From a bacterium (GTDB taxonomy: Bacteria; UBA8248): a DNA stretch of 64,000 nt. Below the pieces are notes generated by a model. That model saw only the letters and a program-made list of their open reading frames with translations. It was not told where the DNA came from and ran no database searches. Positions 31,798 to 41,813 of this stretch are shown here, piece after piece (position 1 is the stretch's first letter; every line of letters begins with the position of its first letter). The position numbers and the translations under genes were made by a program. The stretch covers positions 64,001 through 128,000 of the forward strand of contig CBDATS010000005.1 of NCBI GenBank assembly GCA_965200245.1, in the 5' to 3' direction.

Positions 31798-32139
31798 CTA
31801 TACTCCATGCGTATCTTCATTTCTTGGTATCGAAACATCGTCCTCCGGTGACGGGAACGTTTCGCCTTGATCGACCCTTTGTCTCAATTCTTTCCCTGCC
31901 TTGAAAAACGCGGCTTTCTTGTGCGGGATCGCCACAGCTTCACCCGTCCTGGGGTTTCTGCCATCGCGGCTGTTCCTCGATCGTACACGAAAACTCCCGA
32001 ACCCACGCAACTCCACCTTGTCGCCTTCTGCCAAGGCACCCATGATACTACCGAAAAAGATATTGACGATGCACTCGGTATCCTTTTTCGACATATTGAT
32101 CTTCTCTGCAATCTGCTCGACTAGCTCGGCCTTGGTCAT
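31798..32139 (-). CDS. ihfB: Integration host factor beta / HU family
   Basis: MTKAELVE...VELRGFGSF...GRNPRTG...FKAGKELR; downstream of rpsA. Confidence 0.9.
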   Translation of the reverse strand: MTKAELVEQIAEKINMSKKDTECIVNIFFGSIMGALAEGDKVELRGFGSFRVRSRNSRDGRNPRTGEAVAIPHKKAAFFKAGKELRQRVDQGETFPSPEDDVSIPRNEDTHGV

Positions 32140-32309
32140 GAGTATTAGCATCACCCTACTGAAATCGAAGTTCGCTGAATACTATCGCGTTTCGGAGAAC
32201 ACGGGGTTCGGCGTTCTGGATTCGGCTTTTCGAGCAACATAGTCGCCGACTCCAAACGATAACGCCCGCCCACACCGAATCCCACGACCGGTGAATCGGT
32301 CTGATGGTC

Positions 32310-32343
32310 AAAAAACGGAGAATCCCCTCAGGGTTTTCGTCCA
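32310..32343 (-). terminator. Weak candidate intrinsic terminator after rpsA
   Basis: Imperfect stem GGACGAAAACCC/GGGGATTCTCC followed by T6 on the minus strand. Confidence 0.3.
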
Positions 32344-32353
32344 CTTTGCTTGA

Positions 32354-34186
32354 TTATTCCGTTTTTTCTTCCTCTTCCGCTTCGGGCGCAGCCTCCGTCG
32401 CTGCCATTGCTTCGGGTTCGCCCTCCGCTTCACCTGCTCCTGTATCGTCTGCTTCCGGGGCAGGGGGAGCCTCGTTTACCTCAAGCGTCTCTTCGGGCTT
32501 AGGTACGCGGCTGATGAGTGCCTCCTCACCGGTGGCCTCCACATAGGCGCGGATACTCAAACCCAATTTTCTTTGTTCGCGATCAATCTTGATGACACGC
32601 ATCTTGAACACGTCGCCCACTTGCACCACATCTTGCGGCTCTTTCACCTTTTCCGAGTCGAGTTCGGAGATATGAACCAAACCCTCCAAATCTTCTTCTG
32701 GAGCGGCGAATACGCCGAAGTTCGTTATTTTCGTGATTTTCGCCTCGATGTTGTCATCGACCGCATAGCGCTCGTTGATGTCGTCCCAGGGATCCGGAGT
32801 AATTTGCTTCATCCCGAGAGAGAGGCGTTCCTTCTCGACGTCCACGCTCAAAACAACCGCCTCGATTTCCTGACCCTTGCGTAATATCTCGGAAGGGTGC
32901 TTGAAGCGCTGGGTCCAGGAAATATCCGAAATGTGAATGAGTCCGTCGATGCCCTCGTCCAAGGCGACGAAAGCACCGAATTCCGTCAAGTTCCGTATGC
33001 TGCCCGTCACGCGCATTCCTACGGGATACTTCTCTTCCACCGTGGTCCACGGGTTCGCCTCCACCTGTTTCATGCCCAGGGAGATGCGACGGCCCTCCTT
33101 GTCGAGGTTCAAAACAACAGCTTCCACTACGTCGCCCACCGCGACAAATTTCGAGGGATGGCGCACCCGCCTCGTCCAGGACATCTCGGAAACGTGCACG
33201 AGGCCTTCGACACCCTGTTCGAGTTCTACGAAAGCACCGTAATCAGTGATGGAGACAACCCGTCCGCGAACCTTGCCGGTTACGGGGTATTTGATTTCCA
33301 CATTCTCCCAGGGATCCGGTGTGATCTGCTTATGACCCAGGGAGACTCGCTCGCGCTCCTTGTCGTATTTAAGCACGATGACCTTGACGCTGTCTCCGAT
33401 GGAAAGGAACTCGCTCGGGTGGCTCACACGTCCCCAGGACATGTCCGTGATGTGAAGCAGACCGTCGATTCCACCCAAGTCGATGAAAGCTCCGTAGTCA
33501 GTGATATTTTTAACGACGCCGACCTTCTCCATGCCTTCGGTGAGATTGGCGAGAGTTTCGCGCTTGAGTTCCGCTCTTTCATCCTCCAGCAACACGCGCC
33601 TGGAAAGAACTATGTTGCCGCGCTTTCTGTTGAGCTTGATGATCTTCATGTCGAAAGATTTGCCGATAAACTGATCGAGGTTTCTCACCGGCCTCAGATC
33701 GACTTGGGAACCCGGCAAAAAGGCCTTGAGACCAATGTCGACTGTAAGACCGCCCTTGATCCGGGCGACCACTTCGCCCTGGATGATCTCGTCGTTCTCA
33801 TGGGCATTGCTAATCTCGTCCCATATCTTGATTCTATTGGCCTTCTCTTTCGAGAGCACGATCAGACCGTCATCGTCCTCACGCTCCTCGACAAAAACCT
33901 CCACCCTGTCGCCGGGATTGAGATCCCGTCCGCGGCTCGGGAACTCGAAGCGGGGCACCAGGCCCTCCGATTTGTAACCTACATCCACCAACACATAGTC
34001 GCCTTCGATCCCCACAACCGTTCCTTCGATGATTTCGCCGTCCTGAACCTGCATCGTAGAGGCGTAGAGATATTCCATTTGCTCGGGAGAAAGTGTGTCG
34101 GGGTCCACCTTGTCCGGGAGTAGTTCCGCTACCTTCGCTGAGAGATCTGGCAAAACCCCGGACTCATTAGAGGAAGTTTCATTCAT
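32354..34186 (-). CDS. rpsA: 30S ribosomal protein S1
   Basis: Six S1 domains (DYGAF..L.G.DGL.H...SW); acidic tail; cmk-rpsA-ihfB order. Confidence 0.97.
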   Translation of the reverse strand: MNETSSNESGVLPDLSAKVAELLPDKVDPDTLSPEQMEYLYASTMQVQDGEIIEGTVVGIEGDYVLVDVGYKSEGLVPRFEFPSRGRDLNPGDRVEVFVEEREDDDGLIVLSKEKANRIKIWDEISNAHENDEIIQGEVVARIKGGLTVDIGLKAFLPGSQVDLRPVRNLDQFIGKSFDMKIIKLNRKRGNIVLSRRVLLEDERAELKRETLANLTEGMEKVGVVKNITDYGAFIDLGGIDGLLHITDMSWGRVSHPSEFLSIGDSVKVIVLKYDKERERVSLGHKQITPDPWENVEIKYPVTGKVRGRVVSITDYGAFVELEQGVEGLVHVSEMSWTRRVRHPSKFVAVGDVVEAVVLNLDKEGRRISLGMKQVEANPWTTVEEKYPVGMRVTGSIRNLTEFGAFVALDEGIDGLIHISDISWTQRFKHPSEILRKGQEIEAVVLSVDVEKERLSLGMKQITPDPWDDINERYAVDDNIEAKITKITNFGVFAAPEEDLEGLVHISELDSEKVKEPQDVVQVGDVFKMRVIKIDREQRKLGLSIRAYVEATGEEALISRVPKPEETLEVNEAPPAPEADDTGAGEAEGEPEAMAATEAAPEAEEEEKTE

Positions 34187-34322
34187 GTGTATGTGTTACC
34201 TCGTTCTGGGAAAAGAAAAATTTCCGCTTCCGCTCAAGCGCCCGTCGCTATCACGGTCATCGGCATCGAACTGGCAGCACAATTCATACTACACCCGAGA
34301 AAGATGAGAATCAACCAGTAAC

Positions 34323-35036
34323 TCAAGAATCCTCAATGACTTCCCCGTAGACCGAACGGATTTTCTCTATCATTACCTCAAGTACCCGGTCAACGCCCAT
34401 ATCGCTCGTATCGATCTCTTCGGCGTCTTCGGCCTTGCGCAACGGTGCACTGGCCCTGTGGCGGTCTCTCTCGTCCCTGCGTTTCAAGTCTTCACGCAGA
34501 CGTTCGGGGTGAAAGGAGACTCCCCTCGCCTGCAGTTCAGCGAAACGTCTCTCAATTCGCACCTCGATATCCGCGTCGAGAAAAAATTTGAGCCCGGCCT
34601 CCGGGAAGACGACCGTTCCGATGTCGCGCCCGTCGATAACGGCTCCGCGTTCTCGGCCGAAATTCCTCTGAAAATCGAGCAACGCCTCGCGCACTCCCGG
34701 AATCGCTGAAACGCGCGACGCCATATCGCTTATCGCTTCATCGCGAAGCGCCTCGGTAACGTCTTCTCCATCCAAGACGTTCTTCCACTCACTTCCCTCT
34801 CTGCAGCATTTGAAACGCAAATCACGCGCGGAATGGATCGCCAGGCTCTCGAAATCACCTTCCCGGTTTTTTCTCAAAACCTGATATCCCACTGCCCGGT
34901 AGAGTGCGCCGCTCTCAAGATAGTCAAAACCCAGTCTTTCCGCGATTCCTTTCGCTGCCGTGCTCTTGCCCGAACCAGCGGGGCCATCGACTGGAATGAC
35001 TATGCCGGACGATTTTCGGCGCGATTTTTCTCTCAA
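34323..35036 (-). CDS. cmk: Cytidylate kinase
   Basis: DGPAGSGKST, G..YRA, DGRDIGTVVFP, RD.RD..R..APL; start set at TTG overlapping the tyrA stop (ATG 35060 is an alternative). Confidence 0.94.
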   Translation of the reverse strand: MREKSRRKSSGIVIPVDGPAGSGKSTAAKGIAERLGFDYLESGALYRAVGYQVLRKNREGDFESLAIHSARDLRFKCCREGSEWKNVLDGEDVTEALRDEAISDMASRVSAIPGVREALLDFQRNFGRERGAVIDGRDIGTVVFPEAGLKFFLDADIEVRIERRFAELQARGVSFHPERLREDLKRRDERDRHRASAPLRKAEDAEEIDTSDMGVDRVLEVMIEKIRSVYGEVIEDS

Positions 35037-35899
35037 GCCCAACCCTTTTTTCGCGCCCATTCGTCCCGACCTTCCTTGGCCTTCGAAAAAGCGCACTCAA
35101 GCGATTCGGAATTCGCCTCTTCCAGCATACGGCGAAGGTCAGTTAACTCCCGCTCGAACCTGTCCAGCGCCCCTAACAGCGCCTCCTGGTTGTCCTCGCA
35201 GATTTCGCGCCATACCTCCGCGCTCGAGGACGCGATACGGGAAAAATCCCGAAATCCGCTCGCCGCATGCCGCAGCGCCCCACCATTGATGGCAGTGTTC
35301 ACCATGGCGTAGGCCACGAGGTGGGGGAGGTGACTGATATCGGCCATCACGTTATCGTGGGTCTCAGGGTCGAGAAACTCTACGTTTGCACCCACCCCCT
35401 CCCAAAGCGCGCGAAGGCGTTCGATTGATTCGGGGCGCGTTCTTTCCGTCGGTGTTAATATAGTCTGGTGCGCTTCGAAGAGAGAGGAGATACTCGCCTC
35501 AACACCTGACTTCTCACCGCCTGCCACAGGATGGCTCGCCAGGAAATTCACATCTCCCAAATCCATCGCTTCCACTGCCCGTATATAGGGTGCTTTTACG
35601 CTGCCTACGTCGGTGAGCAAGGCTCCGGGAGCCATTTCCGGCAGAATTGCCTCTGTCACCCCTACGGCAGAACGTACAGGTGTACACACCACCACGAGAT
35701 CCGAATCGCGCACCGCCACAAGGTGATCCGTCTCGAAGCTATCCACCACGCCCAGTTCCAACGCGCGCTCTAGGTTGCCCAGGCTTCTGCCCGCGCCGAC
35801 GAATCTCGAAACGAGACCCCGCTTCCGAGCGGCTCGGGCCAACGAGCCGCCGATGAGCCCCACACCAATGATGGTCATCTGCTCGAAAAGCACAACCAT
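35033..35899 (-). CDS. tyrA: Prephenate/arogenate dehydrogenase
   Basis: GVGLIGGS, TDVGSVK, HP.AG.E.SG, HD....ISHLPH, GFRDFSRIA. Confidence 0.93.
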   Translation of the reverse strand: MVVLFEQMTIIGVGLIGGSLARAARKRGLVSRFVGAGRSLGNLERALELGVVDSFETDHLVAVRDSDLVVVCTPVRSAVGVTEAILPEMAPGALLTDVGSVKAPYIRAVEAMDLGDVNFLASHPVAGGEKSGVEASISSLFEAHQTILTPTERTRPESIERLRALWEGVGANVEFLDPETHDNVMADISHLPHLVAYAMVNTAINGGALRHAASGFRDFSRIASSSAEVWREICEDNQEALLGALDRFERELTDLRRMLEEANSESLECAFSKAKEGRDEWARKKGWA

Positions 35900-35951
35900 G
35901 TCCTTTGTATTTTACCTATAAAATACATCAGGTTATATTCGCATCTATCTG

Positions 35952-37046
35952 TTATATATGATCATCTAATTCTTTGTGTAACGCATTGATGACCGTCTCG
36001 TTCTCCTGCGGCGTGCCTATGGAAATCCGCAAGTGACGCGGAAAACCGTATCCCGCAACAGGTCGCACGATGACGCCTTCTCTCAATAACGCTTCATACA
36101 CTCGACTCGCTTCGCCCACCTCGACCATCATGAAATTTCCCTGTGTGGGCACGAAGGGGAGCCCCATGGCCGATAGCTCGTACACGAGATACTCCCGGCC
36201 CTCGGCGTTCATTGCCACCGATCGATCAACGTGCTCTGTGTCCCTTAAGGCGGCCTGCGCGGCAACAAGAGCCAGGGAATTCACGTTGAACGGCTCCCGG
36301 ACGCTTTCCATCGCCTGCGCGACTTCCTGATCCGCCACGCCATATCCGACGCGCAGACCAGCCAGACCATAGACCTTCGAGAAGGTACGCAAGACGACGA
36401 GGTTCGGGAATTCATCCAGCATCCGGGTGGCGTCGGGATAATCCTCAAGGTGCGCATAGTGGCAATAGGCCTCATCCATGACAAGGAGGGTGGATTGCGG
36501 AATTTTCAGCAGCAACTTCCGTAGTTTTTTCTCCCGCACCGCCGTACCCGTGGGGTTATTCGGGTTCGCGAGGAAGACGATTTTCGTCTTCTCGCATACC
36601 AGGTCGGCCAAGGCATCGATATCCTGATGATAATCGCGCATCGGCGCGCGCCTGATCTCACAGGAACAAAGCTGCGAGACGATGTGATAGACGATAAAGG
36701 CGCCTTCCGAGAAAACCACAGGGTCTCCGGGATCGAGGCAGGCGTGTGCAAGAATCTCCAGAACCTCGTTCGTTCCGTTGCCGAGGACGAAATTTTCAGG
36801 CGCCAGTCCGTGGTGTTCAGCCAGCGCGTTCTTGAGATAAAAGCCTCCGCCGTCGGGATAGCGGTGCAATTCCCCGACAGCACTCTTCACGGCTTCCAAT
36901 GCCTTCGGTGAGGGGCCTAAAGGATTTTCGTTCGAGGCCACCTTAATCGAGTCGGCGATGCCGAGTTCGCGTTCGAGTTCCTCCACTGGTTTTCCAGGCT
37001 GGTATACGATGATGTCTGAAACGGGCCGTGCCCTTTGAAATTTCAT
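35952..37046 (-). CDS. hisC: Histidinol-phosphate/aromatic aminotransferase
   Basis: YQPGKP, ASNENPLG, NPNNPTG, DEAY, RTFSK.YGLAGLRVGY. Confidence 0.93.
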   Translation of the reverse strand: MKFQRARPVSDIIVYQPGKPVEELERELGIADSIKVASNENPLGPSPKALEAVKSAVGELHRYPDGGGFYLKNALAEHHGLAPENFVLGNGTNEVLEILAHACLDPGDPVVFSEGAFIVYHIVSQLCSCEIRRAPMRDYHQDIDALADLVCEKTKIVFLANPNNPTGTAVREKKLRKLLLKIPQSTLLVMDEAYCHYAHLEDYPDATRMLDEFPNLVVLRTFSKVYGLAGLRVGYGVADQEVAQAMESVREPFNVNSLALVAAQAALRDTEHVDRSVAMNAEGREYLVYELSAMGLPFVPTQGNFMMVEVGEASRVYEALLREGVIVRPVAGYGFPRHLRISIGTPQENETVINALHKELDDHI

Positions 37047-37104
37047 CCCCGCTGCTCACCCTCCGGCGACGAATAGAGCCACACGCCCGAAAAAACCGCT
37101 GAAC

Positions 37105-37953
37105 TCAACCTACCGATTCCCCGTCTCTCGTTCTTTGCAGCACCGGGTATGAACCCAGCACACGAATAAATTCCACAAGACTCCTCAAATCCGAAATACC
37201 CTTCGCAACTGCCTCGTCTTCCACGAATCCGTCGATATCCATGTAGAAGACATACTCCCACGCTTCCCTGCGCGAAGGACGGGATTCGAGTTTCGTCAAA
37301 TTCAGACCACGCCCGGCTATGGGCGCAAGCGCCTTGTAGAGCACGCCCGATTCGTTCGTCAAACCGAAGAGCAGACTCGTCTTCGAGTGCGTCCCGCGCT
37401 CAGGTTTTTCAGTTCCGATGACGAAAAAACGCGTTACGTTGATGACCTCGGAATCGAGCTTTTCCGCAAAAATCTTCAGGCCGTAGAATTCAGCTGCCAG
37501 CCGGCTTCCCAAAGCCGCGAGTTTCGGTTCCCCGGCGGCCATCTTCGCCGCCAAGGAGGTGCTCCAGACTTCTTCTATCTTTACACCCGAGGCATTTTCA
37601 CGAAGCCAGCGACGGCATTGGGCCACCGCATGTGGATGGCTGAGGATGCACTCCACATCCCCGATGGATTCTTCGTTCGTAAGCAGGTGGATGTCGATGG
37701 GTAGACGGATTTCACACTCCACCAGCAAAGGGGATTCCAGCAGCCTGTCGAGAGTGATGTTGACTGTACCTTCTATCGCGTTCTCGATCGGAACCACGCC
37801 CCACTTCGAGCGGCGGCCCTCCACCTCATCGAACACGGCGTCGATATTCTGTACGGGCGTGAGAGTCGCCTCCTCGCCAAAGCGCAATATGGCAGCCTCG
37901 TGCGTAAAAGTGGCCTCAGGTCCCAGATAGCTGACTCTCGGCAAATCGTTCAT
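37105..37953 (-). CDS. pheA: Prephenate dehydratase (PDT+ACT, no chorismate mutase domain)
   Basis: YLGPEATFT, VPIEN..EG, SHP.A..QC, N.TRF, NLTKLESRP, LGSYP. Confidence 0.93.
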   Translation of the reverse strand: MNDLPRVSYLGPEATFTHEAAILRFGEEATLTPVQNIDAVFDEVEGRRSKWGVVPIENAIEGTVNITLDRLLESPLLVECEIRLPIDIHLLTNEESIGDVECILSHPHAVAQCRRWLRENASGVKIEEVWSTSLAAKMAAGEPKLAALGSRLAAEFYGLKIFAEKLDSEVINVTRFFVIGTEKPERGTHSKTSLLFGLTNESGVLYKALAPIAGRGLNLTKLESRPSRREAWEYVFYMDIDGFVEDEAVAKGISDLRSLVEFIRVLGSYPVLQRTRDGESVG

Positions 37954-38104
37954 GACACAACACTCCGCTTCAAATAACAACGCCACTGAAACCGCGCTAT
38001 CCTACCCCAAGGCCCGGCAATTGTGAACGCCCCGAAGCTCTGGCAAACTTGCCCCGGTCCGCCAGCGCCGGCAGACATTTCTTCTCGCATTCATGAGGAA
38101 AGGT

Positions 38105-39238
38105 ATGAGGATTACAGACATTGAAACATATATGCTCACCGGCCCGCTCGAGGAGCGGGGCCACTGGGTCAGCCATTACCCCGTCCACCAAGCGAACGAG
38201 TTGCTGATAAAGATCAAAACCGACGAGGGACTCGAGGGTTTCGGTCTAGGCAGCAGCCGTTTGCTCATCAAGGGTGCGGCAGAGATGTTCAACGAAGGGC
38301 TCAAGGAACTTATCGTGGGCGAGGACGCGCTCGCGCCCGAGAGGCTGTATGAGAAGATTTTCTCCATTACCCACCAGAAGCTCGCCTACCTCAAGGAATG
38401 GTCGCGAAACGGACTGCTCATCGCAAGCGCGGCCCTTGACCTTGCCATGTGGGATATTCTGGGAAAAGCCTCAGGCCTGCCCCTTTTTCGCCTCTTCGGC
38501 GGGTACCGTGAGAATGTGCCCTGTTACGTCACCTGCGCCTATTACCGTGACGGGAAGGATTTAGCCGAGTTGCGCGAAGAGATGGAAATGCTCCGCGAGC
38601 AAGGACACAAGTCGTTCAAGGCGAAAATCGGCGGCGCCTCACTGGAGGAGGACATGGAACGCCTGAGAGTCATCCGCGACGTCATCGGCGATGAAGCCGA
38701 GCTGATGCTCGACGTGAACAGCGCCTGGGATTTGCCCACCGCAATCGAAGGCGTACGCCTGCTCCAGGAGATTCGCCCCCGCTGGCTCGAAGAACCCGTG
38801 CGCTGGTTCGACGACAGACGGGAACTCAATATCCTCACACGAAAGACCGATATCCCCCTATCCGCCGGGGAGAGCGAACTGACCGGGCACGGCGTGCGCG
38901 CGCTGCTTGAGGAACAAGCAATAGACATCGTGCAGTTCGACTGCACACGAATGGGCGGGTTTACCATGGGGAGAAAGCTCGCGGCTCTGGCGGAACTCAA
39001 CCACGTGGAAGTCGCCCCACACCACGATTGCTTCATCCACTCCCACATCGTGGCTGCCTCGCCCGCAGGCTGCATCGTGGAATCTTTTACGGATCCGGAG
39101 CGCGACCCACTGCAGGCCGAATTGTTTGAGAATCCTCCCCGTATCGAGAACGGGACGCTTTACCTGAACGACGCGCCGGGCCTGGGACTCACCCTTTCGG
39201 AACGAGCGATAGAAAGATTCGGAACCCGCATCGCGTAA
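38105..39238 (+). CDS. Mandelate racemase/muconate lactonizing enzyme (enolase superfamily)
   Basis: DLAMWDILGK..GLP, K.K motif (FKAKIG), metal ligands LDVN/EEP/GE, PH, PGLG. Confidence 0.92.
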   Translation: MRITDIETYMLTGPLEERGHWVSHYPVHQANELLIKIKTDEGLEGFGLGSSRLLIKGAAEMFNEGLKELIVGEDALAPERLYEKIFSITHQKLAYLKEWSRNGLLIASAALDLAMWDILGKASGLPLFRLFGGYRENVPCYVTCAYYRDGKDLAELREEMEMLREQGHKSFKAKIGGASLEEDMERLRVIRDVIGDEAELMLDVNSAWDLPTAIEGVRLLQEIRPRWLEEPVRWFDDRRELNILTRKTDIPLSAGESELTGHGVRALLEEQAIDIVQFDCTRMGGFTMGRKLAALAELNHVEVAPHHDCFIHSHIVAASPAGCIVESFTDPERDPLQAELFENPPRIENGTLYLNDAPGLGLTLSERAIERFGTRIA

Positions 39239-39680
39239 GGGGTCCGATCAAAAAATTTCCCAAAACACGGATTTCTTAATCGATATAGCGCACAAACCGG
39301 CTCCCCCTTGCGGGTTGTGGTCAACAGACGAGGAAGAAGATCCACTGCACCACCTGAGGCAGAAATCACGCTCCCTCCCTTGGCCGAATGTTTTATGCAC
39401 GCCTACACCACGCATCACCACAAGCCGGCCATGGGGAAGGTCTTCGTGATATGAGACTGGAACGGAGACTGTCGTGGAAAAGATGGATGCGACATCCCTT
39501 GAGTAAGGCGGTACTTGGTTCATCAGGCTCAAATCTGAAAATTCCGGCGACCCACCCTTTCCAAGCCTTGCCAGAGTAAAGTCCCCGTTCTCGAAAAGGT
39601 ACTATGAGTGGTGGGAAGAGTGAAAGGGCAACGCTCCAGACGTATCCTGCATTCAGTTTCTGCTACGCGCCTCCGGCGCA

Positions 39681-40414
39681 CTACTCGTCGATTTTTTCTC
39701 TATGTTTTTCGATGACCATCATAGCCTGTTCGCGATCTTCCGGGTCTTCCGCGCGGCGCGCGGTATCTATGGCAGCTTCGATTAGCCCGACTTCCGCCTG
39801 CTCTATAGCGATATCCCGGTAAGCCCAGGAGCGGTAACCCCGCCTGCGGCATAAAGAGCAGCGGGAAAATCTCTTGCTTTCGCCTGACTCGTGGCGATTT
39901 CCTGCAAGGCCCATGAACGCCAGGTAGGATCGCCGATTTCACATGCACACTTAGTGGCGACAACAAAATCTCCTGCCTTGGCCAACTCCATGACATCTCG
40001 CCACGCTTTTTCGGAAACGTTTTTTTCGTCCCGTATATCCTCGACCGCCTTCAGTGCAGCTTTCAACAAATAGGAGTCGAGCCGAGTGTCGGCATTGCTC
40101 GGAATGCTGGGGAAGTGCTTGAGTGCCTGGATTTGTTCGTCAGTGTCGTCGATGCGGCGTATCGTCTCAAGGGCTTCGTCGACTAGTCCCGCCTTTACCT
40201 GGGCGATGGCGATTGCCCGCAAGGCGGAAAGGTAAAAAAGAGAACTGCCTATGTCTCTCGCGGACTCCATGGCCTCCTTGAGGTTTCCCGCCTCCGCCAG
40301 TGAGACAACAAGATCAGTTCTCTCAATAGAGTGCTCGGTGACTTCGTTCAGGAATCGAGCAATTTCAACCTCAGGCGCCAGCTTTTCCCCGTCAACTGTC
40401 CCCCCGCTTTCCAT
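39681..40414 (-). pseudogene. Frameshifted helical-repeat (TPR/HEAT-like) protein
   Basis: Repeats of type AL..IA..Q..AG...A...A..I continue in a second frame after about 39840; 5' end may extend to ATG 40488 across a T6G5 run. Confidence 0.65.
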
Positions 40415-40585
40415 TGAAGCCGGACCTGCCTCCTCAACTTTCCCCGACCCCCAAAAAATCGACTTAAGTTTTGGAATATTCTTTTCATTGTATTCTCTTA
40501 ACTTCCATAGGGCAGGAATTCTCCCAAAAGCAAAAGTGAGCGTTCACATACGATCAATGCGTAGAAATCACCTTAAAGGGCATTA

Positions 40586-40759
40586 TTACACATTCTTTTG
40601 TTCTAAAAAAGAATAATTCGTTATTGGCGCCCTTCTTCTTCGAAAATTGTTGATTGCTGGATTTTCGGAAGATTGCTTTTCAATACAAATATCATCTGCA
40701 GGGTTATTTTCTTCCAGTCTCTTGCGAACAATCGCTTCTGTCCTTCTTTCATTCACCAT
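40586..40759 (-). pseudogene. 57-aa N-terminal remnant resembling a BcgI-alpha-like / N-6 DNA methylase R-M protein
   Basis: Hand translation MVNERRTEAIVRKRLEENNPADDICIEKQSSENPAINNF...; AAGGAA RBS; similarity recalled from memory, not searched. Confidence 0.45.
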
Positions 40760-40953
40760 TTCCTTACACCCTTGCTATTTTGACTTCCAGGTGGATTTAT
40801 GGCGCAGAAAAACTGCTCTTTTTCTTGAAAGCAGGGTATTTGGAGGGAGGTTAGTTTACTTGCGGCTTGCGGCCCCAGCCTCAATATAACAAGGATTATA
40901 TTTTCCATGCGACCCAGTCATTATTAGCCTCTTTCTCACTTTTCCTCGCAGTG

Positions 40954-41094
40954 CTATCTGGATTCGGCCGCTATACGTGCAGACTCATTCACTGACACGC
41001 TCTTGATATCATGTTGTTCCCACTCACCAGTTGCAACATCCACAACAAACTTGACGGGTTGATTGCCATCAAGTGGCCTTTCGGATTTTTTCAT
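40954..41094 (-). pseudogene. 46-aa remnant of a small IS-associated hypothetical protein
   Basis: MKKSERPLDGNQPVKFVVDVATGE... resembles, from memory, the RP.D.NQLAK..VD.ATGE small proteins found beside IS1-like transposases. Confidence 0.4.
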
Positions 41095-41137
41095 AGGTTA
41101 CAGTATAATGCTATAAACATTGCATAATACGCAATAT

Positions 41138-41720
41138 TCACAGCAGACGGTTGGCCCCTCCCGGCGAGAGTCTAGCTGCCTCTATGACAGCAACTACTAC
41201 TTGACCTTCCAACTTGCCAGTCTCCACATTCTCAATAATCTTTATGTGGTGGTGGCCACCCAGTGTATAGTATTTGAAAGGCGCGTCTTCTTCCCGCACG
41301 ACCTGGAACAGTTGATCCGGTTTCGGGTTCTCACCGCACAGGCGGCCTTGATCTGCTTTTTTCCTACGCCCTCGCGCGAACGCTCAGGATAGAGCGGTTT
41401 TGCGAACGCGACCTTCGCGTTTCCGCTGCCGTAACTCCCCAGGTGTTCCATATCGAATTCCCGGATTCGGTGGCCAACGATTTTCTCCATTTGTTTCGCC
41501 GTGAGCGATTCGAGGAGGACCCTGTGGGCGCAGACATCCCTTCCTTCATACGAGATGCGTCCATTGGCGTTTTCACCGCAAAAGGCCCCGCTGTTGCAGA
41601 ACGCCGGCCATACACCCTCTCTCCCTGTTCGACTCAATATGTTGAATCATGAAATCAGGGATTGTTCAACGATTTCATCAAGGGGAACATTCCGATCCGT
41701 CGTCCATAGCCATCGGGTAC
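41138..41720 (-). pseudogene. Decayed coding fragment of unknown family
   Basis: Protein-like text split by an in-frame TGA (about 41647) and a frame switch near 41345; boundaries approximate. Confidence 0.3.
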
Positions 41721-41813
41721 GAAGAGGCTGTATGAGACAGGAATTTCCTGAATTTGAAGACACAAGGGTATCCCGATTTGACAACCGACGCATTCAGGCA
41801 GCCAGTTCAAGAC

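Noticed and set aside
32897-34123. 408-aa plus-strand ORF antisense to rpsA (similar cases: 52343-53527, 55710-56768, 56824-57756, 45916-46959, 28161-29294, 47101-48093, 41862-42752)
   Set aside because: Shadow ORFs opposite well-conserved genes, expected from GC-rich codon bias; no recognisable motifs
39248-39680. Short ORFs downstream of the enolase-family gene
   Set aside because: No recognisable protein or RNA signature in any frame examined
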